Part shown: in pieces, positions 19,381-27,855 of the stretch
How positions within the stretch are numbered: the stretch's first letter is position 1
How the letters are laid out: each line of letters opens with the position of its first letter
Sequence record: NC_041937.1
DNA from: Escherichia phage V18
Reading direction: 5' to 3' (one strand)
Length of the DNA: 64,000 bases
The notes under the pieces: generated by a model
What the model was told of the DNA's origin: nothing
The model's input: the letters and a program-made list of their open reading frames with translations, nothing else
Databases searched by the model: none
Translations under genes and position numbers: made by a program

Positions 19381-19728
19381 TTATCGAAGAGATCCCAGCC
19401 TACCAATACAAGACTCTGCGTCAGCTTGCGCCCATTCCCAATCAGGATGCTCTTTAGCCCAAGCCTCCTCTTCAATCTCAAAACCAAGCATGTGTGCAAG
19501 TGCTTTAGCATCATCATACCACATATCGAAGAAACGACGCAAGTATTCTTCAAAACTAAGCTCCACAGTAACTTGGCGAAGTGCCTTAACAATATCGTCT
19601 GTTAACTGCTCAGGCTTAAGATCACTCTTCATCAAAAGAGATACAGGTCTGTTGTTAGCGCTATAGCCTTGCGCCTTATGGCACAGGGCAATCCCCTTCT
19701 CTTTAATAGTAATCGTTTTTTCAGACAT
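19381..19728 (-). CDS. hypothetical head protein
   Basis: 115 aa acidic ORF between portal and capsid genes. Confidence 0.4.
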   Translation of the reverse strand: MSEKTITIKEKGIALCHKAQGYSANNRPVSLLMKSDLKPEQLTDDIVKALRQVTVELSFEEYLRRFFDMWYDDAKALAHMLGFEIEEEAWAKEHPDWEWAQADAESCIGRLGSLR

Positions 19729-20148
19729 TATTCATTGCCCTCTTCTACAACACTGATCCCGAAGTTTACGTTGGTAATTTCACCAGTTTCTTCATCAACA
19801 TTACCTGTTGCCTGAATGCTTAGGCCACCAACAATGCCAGCCTTCTTAGCTTCCCATAATTCAGGATTATTGTATTTAACTTTAGCAACCCAAGAGCCAG
19901 CCTTGATGACCTGCTCAGTGCCAATTACTACAACATCAAACTCTTCTTGAATCCACGTCTTTTCAATAGTGAAAGCATCTGTAGAGGTCAAGTGAAAAAG
20001 GTTTTCAGAAACTAGGCCTGCGGCGTATGCTGCGTCCCAATTATCTTTAGCCTTTTTGATGGTGTCTTTACTCATCCACTCACCGTGAGCATCTTTAGTG
20101 TCAGGTTCGTAGATGATTTCGTAGGAAATCATTTCTTCCTGTGGCATC
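19728..20148 (-). CDS. hypothetical head protein (scaffold or protease-like position)
   Basis: ORF 19728-20303 overlaps portal 3' end; start placed at ATG 20148 (MPQEEMISYE) with GAGGA RBS. Confidence 0.4.
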
Positions 20149-20214
20149 TTATTCCTCATGTGGATTATTTTATCACGCCAAAGGAGGTTTTGCAACCCCC
20201 TGTGTTGATAATTT

Positions 20215-21771
20215 TTAATTTTCCATGTTGGATATGGAATTATCTCTGGTTGATGACATCTTAGAAGTGCCGTTGCCAGTGGATCCTGCAGCCATTCCAT
20301 CACCAGCCCTACTAATGTCCTGGCCCAAGAGCTTCATCAGCTCTTCCTGATCCATGTCCTCGTCAAATCTTTCATCAAACCCGCCTACTTCAAGAATCTT
20401 ATTAATTACTGCAGGAGTTTTTGGCAAGTAACCTACAGCACCGATCCTCTGGACAAACTTGGAGAAGCTCTCCATATCCACTTCTTCAATCAGACCAGGT
20501 TTCAGTTTAGGCATATCATCATCTTCAAGGATGATACCATTCAATGCCAGAAGCTGTGGAATAAGATCTTTATTGAAGGCCTCAGTGATAATATCTATAT
20601 CACGCTGAACAAAATGACCATGGATAGACTGTTTTGACTCAGACAGAGAGAAGGATCCAACGTTATCGTTACCGAGGTTAATAAAGCCAGCACCGAAACG
20701 GTCAAGGATCGCCTTCTTACGGGCATCAATCAAATCTTTAGTGGAATACTGCTTACCCATACCGTCAACCCCCTTCAGGGTCATGGAGTAAAGCTCTTTA
20801 CCAGACTTATCTCTATCAGACGGAAGTATAAAGAAACTTTGCTCACCACTATGGGCGTTTGCTGCGTCAAGCATAAGGTCTGCAACCATTCTCCCTTCCA
20901 TTGAATTCGGGTCAATGCTGGCCTTGTTCAAAATATTGGAAGGAATTTTCAGCTCAAGCACACCACCAAGGTCTTTAGAACAGCCAACAACCTCAAGGTT
21001 TTCAATCAGAACTTTCTCACGGAAAGATCTGTAGCAACCTATCATCGGTGACACACCTGCAGGGTTAGATTCTGTTCCTGACAGGGTCATGAGCATAAGC
21101 TTTTTAGCAGGGATGAAAATTTCAGGCTCATTAAAGCCTTTTGAAGGCATTGCAGCAAGAGGTCCAGCCCAGCGTGCATTTTGAGTGTTTAGAAATGCAT
21201 TAGGTGATTGATAAATACCTGTCAGTGTTCTGCTATTCTTGTCAAAGACAAACGGCTCTGATCTGGACAAACTGGCCTGAGGTCGGAATGCAATTTTATC
21301 AATAAGAAGCATCCCGGCATATTTACCTTCTTTCTCTCTGCGGTATACTTTCTCAAACAGTGAAAAACCATACTCGTTAAAGGTAGCTGCGCTTCTTGCA
21401 ATATCTCGAAGAGTTTGTTGGTTTGCCAAATTACGCAAAGAATACTCTATAAGCTCGGCAGCTTTCTTAGAGTCTTCACTTTTAACATTATAAAGGATCT
21501 TAAAATCATTGAATGCTTTCGTGATGAAAACATATTTTGTATCTAAGGCAGTAGCAACTGTGGAATCACATTTCATAGTCTCCACTGTAGCAATCAGCTG
21601 AGGCCAACGCAATTCCTCAACCATCATAGATTGCGATTCTGCCATAATTTGGGAAAGTGCGCCAGAACCGATCTCACTCATACGAACATTATGAGTTGGT
21701 GCGCCTGCGTTCCCAGATTTATTCACAGTTTTGGCTGTGGCGTTGTGTTTCCTGCGGTTCTTTTTGGACAC
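20215..21771 (-). CDS. portal protein
   Basis: 518 aa ORF immediately downstream of terminase; size, position and acidic C-terminus typical of portal proteins. Confidence 0.7.
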   Translation of the reverse strand: MSKKNRRKHNATAKTVNKSGNAGAPTHNVRMSEIGSGALSQIMAESQSMMVEELRWPQLIATVETMKCDSTVATALDTKYVFITKAFNDFKILYNVKSEDSKKAAELIEYSLRNLANQQTLRDIARSAATFNEYGFSLFEKVYRREKEGKYAGMLLIDKIAFRPQASLSRSEPFVFDKNSRTLTGIYQSPNAFLNTQNARWAGPLAAMPSKGFNEPEIFIPAKKLMLMTLSGTESNPAGVSPMIGCYRSFREKVLIENLEVVGCSKDLGGVLELKIPSNILNKASIDPNSMEGRMVADLMLDAANAHSGEQSFFILPSDRDKSGKELYSMTLKGVDGMGKQYSTKDLIDARKKAILDRFGAGFINLGNDNVGSFSLSESKQSIHGHFVQRDIDIITEAFNKDLIPQLLALNGIILEDDDMPKLKPGLIEEVDMESFSKFVQRIGAVGYLPKTPAVINKILEVGGFDERFDEDMDQEELMKLLGQDISRAGDGMAAGSTGNGTSKMSSTRDNSISNMEN

Positions 21772-21873
21772 AAGCTTTACCCCTCAAAACAGTATAACAA
21801 AATAGCCCTCATGTTAGAGGGCTAGTATCTCCGATTACTCTATTCTACCACATCTAATTAAGATTGGCAACAC

Positions 21874-23429
21874 TTAGATAAAACGCTTGAACATAGAAGG
21901 TGATGAGATTGATGGAATCACACAAGGAAGTGCTACCTCCTCTTTCTCCAGGAAATTAATCGCAGAAGCTACACAGTCGGCCCAGTCGTCTTTTCTGTTA
22001 AATGTTGATCTTTCCCCGTTGAATTTTTCAAGTTCAGTCAGAAATGCTTCCAGAGTATCAGGATGGAAACTGGATTTTACAATCCTCACCATTCCTTGTT
22101 GGGCAAGATTGGCAAAAGGTGAGAACCTTGTCAGTTTAGATTTGTTGGAAGGCATTGGGTCTTCTTCAACCCTAAACCCTTCGGCAAGCAAGGATCTGGA
22201 GGAGGTTAAGAACTCACTCTTACCTGCCTGACCGGGGTCCACAGAGAATACGATTATACAATCATCACCATCAAACTGCGCCTGTTTCCTGATGATCACA
22301 TCTCGTTCACCAGCCTTTTTACAGAACTTGCCTTCCAGACCTGTGGAATACCTCCCGTCATCCACGTTCTCAGGACAATAATCCCCGGACAGGTAATAAA
22401 AGCCGTCGCTATCTTTACTTACCTTGACACTGGCGGTAAAGTCAGGAAATTTATTACCGGAAGTTCTCTCGGTTCCTGCTTTATCCCATGCCCTGCAAGA
22501 CACTGATCCAAGGGGTACTCTATCGGCATCACGAAGGAAAGATCTTTGAAAATAGTTTGCACCCTCAGGCTTTGCAAACCAGTTACCATGGAGAAGCTGA
22601 GCTTTTTCAAGCTCGGGCAGACCTTCAAGGAAAGCAAGGTATTCTGGGTTGTCTCTTAAGCAGACAGGATTATCGAAGATTGTTGCGCCTATAAACGAGA
22701 ATGACAACGGTCTCGGCTTGATCTCTACACCCAGTCCGTTAACCGTGGTGTATTTCTCTATCAACTCTTCTTTAGAGTCTCCCCAGATAAATTCACCGTC
22801 GCGTCGGATAAAATATCTTTTCTTACCGCATTTCTCCGGATCTGGATACCCTTCATCGTCCAACCACCACCTAACCAGTTTGGCAAGCATGTGTTCTGAA
22901 TCGGGGTTACAGCTGATAACCATTCTTGATGGATACTTTGACTGAGATCTCAGACGAGACATCAGATAGTCTATCTGCTCCCATTCGAACTGCGTGCCTC
23001 ATCGAAGCAAACCAAGCAAACCATGGTATACTCAAGCCCTTGATGGTTAAGCTTATCTTGTACATACTCCATGTGGCAGTATTTTACAACAGCTCCCTTT
23101 TTGCTTCTATCCCACTTGCCAGTGTTCGGATCAAACCGTGGAAAAATGAACTTATGATCCTTCTCTCTGAACTTTGGCTTAATGTTTTCAGGCAGATCAC
23201 TATAAATAGCTACTGCTTTAGGCCATAGTCCACCCTCACCTTCCAACTGTGGGGTTGTTCTTCGGAACATAACCACAGAGCTGTGGGGGTCATCAATAAT
23301 TTTAAGTGGCATCAATTGCAAGAGGAACGACTTGCCAGACCCTGCGGCACCGCCGATTACCAAAATATCTGCATCGTTTTCGAGGATCATCTTCTGCTTT
23401 TCAGAACACGGTCCGTAAATCTTAGACAT
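21874..23429 (-). CDS. terminase large subunit, split into two frames (ATPase ORF 22971-23429, nuclease ORF 21874-22962)
   Basis: Walker A GGAAGSGKS and Walker B CLVCFDEA in N-terminal ORF; other frame continues ...EWEQIDYLMSRLRSQSKYPSRMVISCNPD after a single frame change. Confidence 0.75.
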
Positions 23430-23716
23430 TAACCTCTCTCCTTTGGAAACAGTGTTCTAATATAGTCTTGCAAAATGATCAATTTAGCTCTATCATTGCT
23501 ACAAGACAGATTATTATCCCTCATAATGCCAGAATTCACTGCATCTGGCGCACCTTTCTTCAAAGGCATAGCTTTAGCAGGTGGTTTCATGGCACCTTCC
23601 GGGGGTTTAACAATCAACCTTCCTACATCAGGAGGGTCAATCTTGTATTCTCTCTCAACGCTGGTTGCACACCCACATAATAACAAGCAAACAATAAACA
23701 GTGTAGCAACTCTCAT
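23429..23716 (-). CDS. o-spanin (Rz1-like outer-membrane lipoprotein)
   Basis: 95 aa; signal peptide with lipobox-like LLLCGCA; Pro-rich mature region; overlaps i-spanin stop by 4 nt. Confidence 0.6.
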   Translation of the reverse strand: MRVATLFIVCLLLCGCATSVEREYKIDPPDVGRLIVKPPEGAMKPPAKAMPLKKGAPDAVNSGIMRDNNLSCSNDRAKLIILQDYIRTLFPKERG

Positions 23717-24111
23717 TGATCCTCCTGATTGATACTCTCATTATAAATATCTATAAGCTGATCAGGAAGTGTTGACTTCTTGCCTTCAGGTGACTGGAGG
23801 TAGATAATCTGCTTTTCTTTACCTGCCTTCTCAGCCATATTTAATTTATCCTGCAGATCAGAAAGGGATTTTTCAAGGTTTTTAACCTCCTCTGCGTGGC
23901 CCATTTTAATTTTGTCGGCCTGCTTTTGTTGCTGATCAAGGATCCGTTCCCACTTTAACTCTGTTGCTGACACACCCTCTTGGTAGGCTTCATTAAGCTT
24001 AGAGTTAAACCAATATACGGCCCCAAGATAAGCTGTACCTAGCGCAGCTGCAAAAACTAAACCTTTTATGATCCCTCTATACCTACTCAGCCATGTTAAA
24101 ACTGAAATCAT
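23713..24111 (-). CDS. i-spanin (Rz-like)
   Basis: 132 aa; N-terminal transmembrane helix (LVFAAALGTAYLGAVYWF) then coiled coil; paired with lipoprotein ORF. Confidence 0.55.
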   Translation of the reverse strand: MISVLTWLSRYRGIIKGLVFAAALGTAYLGAVYWFNSKLNEAYQEGVSATELKWERILDQQQKQADKIKMGHAEEVKNLEKSLSDLQDKLNMAEKAGKEKQIIYLQSPEGKKSTLPDQLIDIYNESINQEDQ

Positions 24112-24127
24112 TTTAAGGCTCCAGAAA

Positions 24128-24164
24128 CGAAAAAACCCCGCAGCTATACAGCTAACGGGGCGGG
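24128..24164 (-). terminator. terminator-like structured element upstream of spanin genes
   Basis: CCCGC ... GCGGG stem enclosing AGCT-ATAC-AGCT palindrome, followed by T-run on minus strand. Confidence 0.35.
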
Positions 24165-24209
24165 TTAAAATTGAGTAACCTAAATAGATCGAAACTAACT
24201 AAAAGGAGA

Positions 24210-24485
24210 CTAATACTTATCGAGCACTCGGTGGATGATTCTAACAGTAACTGCATTTTCATTCATCAAGTATGCATCTACATCTCTGTAAATATAAAAC
24301 TTCTGCTCACTATCAACAACACAAGCTACTGCCCCTTCAGAGTTGTCTTCAAAAAAGACCACCACTGCATCGCAGCTGAGTTCATGATATGACTCTCGAA
24401 GATTTACAGCCAGAGGATTGAAATCGTCACGAAAATCTACAGTATGGGTTGGATTTACACGCTCTACAATTTTAAGTGTATACAT
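24210..24485 (-). CDS. hypothetical protein
   Basis: 91 aa ORF between tRNA cluster and spanin genes; terminator-like structure downstream. Confidence 0.45.
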   Translation of the reverse strand: MYTLKIVERVNPTHTVDFRDDFNPLAVNLRESYHELSCDAVVVFFEDNSEGAVACVVDSEQKFYIYRDVDAYLMNENAVTVRIIHRVLDKY

Positions 24486-24531
24486 TTTAAAGGTTCCTTT
24501 TGTTTATATATGTTTAAAGTATAACTGAAAG

Positions 24532-24608
24532 TGGTCTCCACGGAGTGATTCGAACACTCGACCTCCTGATCCCAATGGTTTATCTCTACCAAGCTGAGCT
24601 ACGCGGAG
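24532..24608 (-). tRNA. tRNA-like gene, Pro(UGG)-like, with non-pairing 5' anticodon-stem strand
   Basis: Hand-folded: acceptor CTCCGCG/CGTGGAG, T-arm GAGTG-TTCGAAT-CACTC, encoded CCA, loop ATTGGGA, but AAACC cannot pair with TCAGG. Confidence 0.45.
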
Positions 24609-24619
24609 TATTTATTATT

Positions 24620-24694
24620 TGGTGGCCCTGGGTGGAATTGAACCACCGTCTGGCGATTATGAGTCGCTTGCTTGAACCTTCCAGCTACAGGGCA
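24620..24694 (-). tRNA. tRNA-Met (anticodon CAT)
   Basis: Hand-folded cloverleaf: anticodon loop CTCATAA, T-arm GGTGG-TTCAATT-CCACC, encoded CCA; position 1:72 is a T:C mismatch. Confidence 0.6.
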
Positions 24695-24770
24695 TGGTGC
24701 TGATAGCAGGACTCGAACCTGCAACCTATTGATTACAAATCAATTGCACTACCAATTGTGCTACATCAGC
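24695..24770 (-). tRNA. tRNA-Thr (anticodon TGT)
   Basis: Acceptor GCTGATG/TATCAGC, D-arm GCAC/GTGC, anticodon stem ATTGA/TCAAT with loop TTTGTAA, T-arm GCAGG-TTCGAGT-CCTGC, CCA encoded. Confidence 0.7.
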
Positions 24771-24867
24771 AAAAAGGTGCTAGGTGATGGAATCGAACCA
24801 CCTATGTATTCAACGACCAATAGATTTACAGTCTACACCGCTACCTCTACGGGATAACTCCCCAATT
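24771..24867 (-). tRNA. tRNA-like element with Tyr(GUA)-type anticodon arm; acceptor stem not resolved
   Basis: Anticodon arm GTAGA-CTGTAAA-TCTAT and T-arm GGTGG-TTCGATT-CCATC present, long variable region, but 5' and 3' ends do not pair; may be degenerate or mis-folded by me. Confidence 0.3.
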
Positions 24868-24942
24868 TGGCACCCCGTACTGGACTCGAACCAGTGTCAA
24901 CGGCTTAGAAGGCCGCTGCTTTATCCACTAAGCTAACAGGGC
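24868..24942 (-). tRNA. tRNA-Arg (anticodon TCT)
   Basis: Acceptor GCCCTGT/ACGGGGT with G:U pairs, D-arm GCTT/AAGC, anticodon stem GCGGC/GCCGT with loop CTTCTAA, T-arm ACTGG-TTCGAGT-CCAGT, CCA encoded. Confidence 0.65.
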
Positions 24943-25000
24943 ACTGGGTGGCTTTCTTTTACACCTTAGCCGCCAGAAAAGGTGGGAGACCATGTTTACA

Positions 25001-25028
25001 ATATTACACTGTTAAGCAAAGTTTGTCA
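25001..25028 (-). promoter_or_regulatory. sigma70-like promoter upstream of tRNA cluster
   Basis: Minus strand TTGACA-N16-TAATAT about 60 nt upstream of first tRNA 5' end. Confidence 0.45.
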
Positions 25029-25038
25029 AGAAAATATT

Positions 25039-25377
25039 TTAGCTATTGCTAACAGGTTGTATTTCTGTGGTAAATGGCATAAAAGGTGCTGGTTTTTCAG
25101 CCTCTTCTACTACCACCTCTTCCTCTTCACCAAACATCTCATCATATTCTTCCTGCATTCGGTCTGCCTTATCAAGAACATACTCTGCAATGCTTTGACG
25201 AATATTTTGTTTGGTTTTCGGGTCCAACATCAGCTCTCTTAAAACTTTGTGAGCTTCTGGAACCATCGCTATAAAAGATTCCTTCATATCAAGGATGTTC
25301 TTCTCTAGCTGAATGGCGTTGGACTCCTCTTTCAGAGGTCTGCCTCTACGGCGACGCTTTTTAGTTGTATCCGCCAT
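25039..25377 (-). CDS. hypothetical basic/acidic protein
   Basis: Start placed at ATG 25377 (MADTTKKRRRRGRPLKEE...) with sigma70-like promoter upstream; longer track ORF to 25497 runs into GC-rich noncoding DNA. Confidence 0.45.
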   Translation of the reverse strand: MADTTKKRRRRGRPLKEESNAIQLEKNILDMKESFIAMVPEAHKVLRELMLDPKTKQNIRQSIAEYVLDKADRMQEEYDEMFGEEEEVVVEEAEKPAPFMPFTTEIQPVSNS

Positions 25378-25405
25378 GTTTCCTCCATTATCACGTGATA
25401 GGTGG

Positions 25406-25434
25406 ATTTTATCACAGCAAATACTGATTGTCAA
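25406..25434 (-). promoter_or_regulatory. sigma70-like promoter for ORF 25039-25377
   Basis: Minus strand TTGACA-N17-TAAAAT; palindrome ATCACGTGAT between -10 and start codon. Confidence 0.4.
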
Positions 25435-25721
25435 GTTCGCCGCAGGGGTGTATTCCCTGCGACTTGCCCAGCGTCCTGGACCAGCAAGACCCAACAAGTG
25501 GGTTACCAGAGCACATTACCGCGCTTTGGCTCGACCTTATTACAGGTTGGCTGGGGTCACATCGTCATGTGCTGGCTGCCCCTACCATTTTAAGTGTGGT
25601 GCACTATCAAGCCCTCTAAGGGGAACTCAGTCTTCTCCGAACCCTGTTTCAAAACATCCGGAGATAAAGCCATCAAATTCATCTTTAAATCGGATATTCA
25701 TCATGATACACGAAAACAACC

Positions 25722-25964
25722 TCATTGTAAAGCACAAATAAATAAAACATACTTAATTTGTTTGTTATCAGGCTCAGGGTAGAAGTAGAAGATCTTGCTA
25801 TCACCGATCTGAACACCACCATCCCAACAGCATAGCCCATAACCCGTATTCATACAAGCTAAGTCGTTGGCAAAATCTATTGCATCATCCAGTGCACGAA
25901 ATTCACCTTCATCTTCTAAATAATCCTCATTCATGGAACGAAAAACGAGCTTAACCTTAAACAT
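25722..25964 (-). CDS. hypothetical protein
   Basis: 80 aa ORF, co-oriented with neighbouring leftward genes. Confidence 0.4.
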   Translation of the reverse strand: MFKVKLVFRSMNEDYLEDEGEFRALDDAIDFANDLACMNTGYGLCCWDGGVQIGDSKIFYFYPEPDNKQIKYVLFICALQ

Positions 25965-26056
25965 AGCATTACCTGTAGACCTCGTAAGTTAAAATTGTAT
26001 CACATCATATTGCAGATCTTATCAGGTAACATTATTTTTGTCAACAGATTCCGGCC

Positions 26057-26230
26057 TTATCCCCTCCTGTCTGCATATTCTTTAATCGCAACCTCATCTG
26101 CATTGGCGACTAAATCTTCAAAGTAACTCTCAAGCTCCTCGTCAATGTCAGGAAACCAACTCTTTTTCCTGTCAGTGTGAATCGCAGACTTGTTGAACTT
26201 ATTACAGTTCTTTGCTACCGGATTGTTCAT
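26057..26230 (-). CDS. small hypothetical protein (57 aa)
   Basis: Short ORF MNNPVA...AIKEYADRRG not in the track, immediately upstream of ORF 26241-26819's start region. Confidence 0.3.
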   Translation of the reverse strand: MNNPVAKNCNKFNKSAIHTDRKKSWFPDIDEELESYFEDLVANADEVAIKEYADRRG

Positions 26231-26240
26231 TAATCACCCC

Positions 26241-26819
26241 TCAGCGTTCATAATAAATCTTATTTAACATTACCTCATCCTTTGCAGAGAGAATACCGAG
26301 ATATGCATCACCGAACCTACCTGCAACAACCTCTACATGATACATCACTTCGTTAATATCGTCAAGAGTGATAACTGGATGACCGTATCTCTCTGAGTAT
26401 TGTCTCAGAGTGCGATGTAGGGAATCATCATCGTAGGCAGACTTTTTAATATCACAAACACGACGAATAGCCTTGATGTCGAAAAACCCTGTGCGATACC
26501 AACCAAGAAAAAGGTTTCGTACAGTGTCAACACCTACATCAACACCGTCAAGAACCTTATCTACAAGATAACTGTCATCCTTTGGACCTGCTTCCTTAGT
26601 GCGAATGTAGTTGCCATCTTTTCCAGGTGACATCTCCTTCTCATCACCAACCTGAATACCATCATTTGGTGGTGTTAACCACTTATCCGGATGCTTACGA
26701 TCACGAGCGTTAGAATGATTACGCTGGAAACCTGGCTTCCACTTGAAAGTTTTCTCCATCTGTTCTTCATTCTGATAACGTTTTGCAATCTTTTCACGGT
26801 CATCTTTGCGTGGACTCAT
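26241..26819 (-). CDS. hypothetical protein
   Basis: 192 aa ORF with good coding composition; no motif recognised. Confidence 0.5.
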   Translation of the reverse strand: MSPRKDDREKIAKRYQNEEQMEKTFKWKPGFQRNHSNARDRKHPDKWLTPPNDGIQVGDEKEMSPGKDGNYIRTKEAGPKDDSYLVDKVLDGVDVGVDTVRNLFLGWYRTGFFDIKAIRRVCDIKKSAYDDDSLHRTLRQYSERYGHPVITLDDINEVMYHVEVVAGRFGDAYLGILSAKDEVMLNKIYYER

Positions 26820-27180
26820 AGCTGCCTCCTCTTCAAGTTATAGAAAAACTCACTGTATCGCTTTGTAACGAGCTTTTCTATCAAACTGGTGCGATTGCCT
26901 TACCTGGTATAGTTTATATAGCTGTGGAGCGATTTAGGGGCCTTCTTGTCCGTTTCCACACATAAACTTCATCCAAGCTCGCGCGGGAGACTCTCAACCG
27001 ACTCCTTACGGCGCTGGCAAGCTTTCGTCGGTGGTCCACATCAGTGCTCGGCCTTTGGCCTGCGCTATCGCTTCGCTCCCACACATGTTAACAGACCTGC
27101 ATGTATGCACTTCTGTTATTGTGTGCACCCGGGAGGCCCGGCATCTCGCCCCTCGTAGCGAGTGCCAATGAAGGGCCGAC

Positions 27181-27320
27181 ACTACCCGTAGTAAGTAATA
27201 AATTTAAAACATAGTACTTAGGATCTAGTATATTCTACATAAGTTAAGTATATGTACTTAGTACCATAAGTACTAGATCTTTTATTTTTTATTATTTAGT
27301 TATTTTAGTTATATTCTTTA
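27181..27320. other. AT-rich tract with short repeats (possible DNA unwinding element)
   Basis: Strongly AT-rich; repeated GTACTTAG / AGTACT words and tandem TTATTTTAG; lies between GC-rich segment and palindromic repeats. Confidence 0.4.
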
Positions 27321-27322
27321 TG

Positions 27323-27382
27323 TGTCCGTATCACGGACAGTTAGTGTCCGTATGACGGACAGTAGTGTCCGTATCACGGACA
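27323..27382. repeat. three phased palindromic repeats (iteron/operator-like array)
   Basis: TGTCCGTATCACGGACA at 27323-27339 and 27366-27382, TGTCCGTATGACGGACA at 27345-27361; 7 bp arms, 3 bp centre, 21-22 bp phasing. Confidence 0.7.
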
Positions 27383-27457
27383 GTTACTAACCTCTGTTCC
27401 ATAGCGAACATAAAACATACGAATCCTTATAGTACAGATATTTAAGTTTTTACTGGT

Positions 27458-27808
27458 CTAACCAGTTGTTGACATTCGAATAACTTCTTCTGGTGGCAAA
27501 ACTTTGGAAAATGTGCATCTTTTACCTCTCCCTTGTGTGGATATTTCAACCACTCCTGCACATTCTAAAGTTTTAACGCACGCTGCTGCTTTTGTTTTCT
27601 TTATCCCAATATCTGCTGCAATTTTCCTTGTGCTGGGCGTGAAGCGTGAATTTCCTCCAAGCTTATACCAGTTGTGCAGGTAGCAGTATACGATCTTGTC
27701 ATATAAGTCAAGAACAACAACCTCACCAGTTGTGTCATTCAAAACTTTTGACATAGACAGTATTTCAAGGGGGACTTTAAGATATAGCAGCTTATCCCCA
27801 TCTTTCAT
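27458..27808 (-). CDS. small winged-helix DNA-binding protein (putative regulator or initiator)
   Basis: 116 aa; FTPSTRKIAADIGIKKTKAAACVKTLECAGVVEIS resembles a wHTH recognition region; 3' end lies about 75 bp from three palindromic repeats. Confidence 0.5.
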   Translation of the reverse strand: MKDGDKLLYLKVPLEILSMSKVLNDTTGEVVVLDLYDKIVYCYLHNWYKLGGNSRFTPSTRKIAADIGIKKTKAAACVKTLECAGVVEISTQGRGKRCTFSKVLPPEEVIRMSTTG

Positions 27809-27855
27809 ATCTCCTGATTCTCCTTGTGTGGCAATTTTCTTTAAAATAGCAGGGA

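Noticed and set aside
47-24000. Plus-strand ORFs in the track overlapping the leftward structural genes (for example 47-355, 1683-2000, 4227-4667, 9735-10001, 18493-19095)
   Set aside because: They lie antisense to long, well-supported minus-strand genes, have odd composition and no RBS; treated as shadow ORFs
25039-25497. Long form of ORF 25039-25497 (152 aa)
   Set aside because: Its N-terminal 40 codons run through a promoter and GC-rich hairpin region with implausible composition; the downstream ATG at 25377 with its own promoter is preferred
26946-27158. ORF 26946-27158 (70 aa) inside the GC-rich segment
   Set aside because: Translation is rich in Cys/His/Arg/Pro with no RBS and sits in a hairpin-dense region; more likely noncoding
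27323-27382. Possible CRISPR array
   Set aside because: Only three repeats, the units are palindromes separated by 4-5 bp rather than repeats separated by unique spacers, and no cas genes are present
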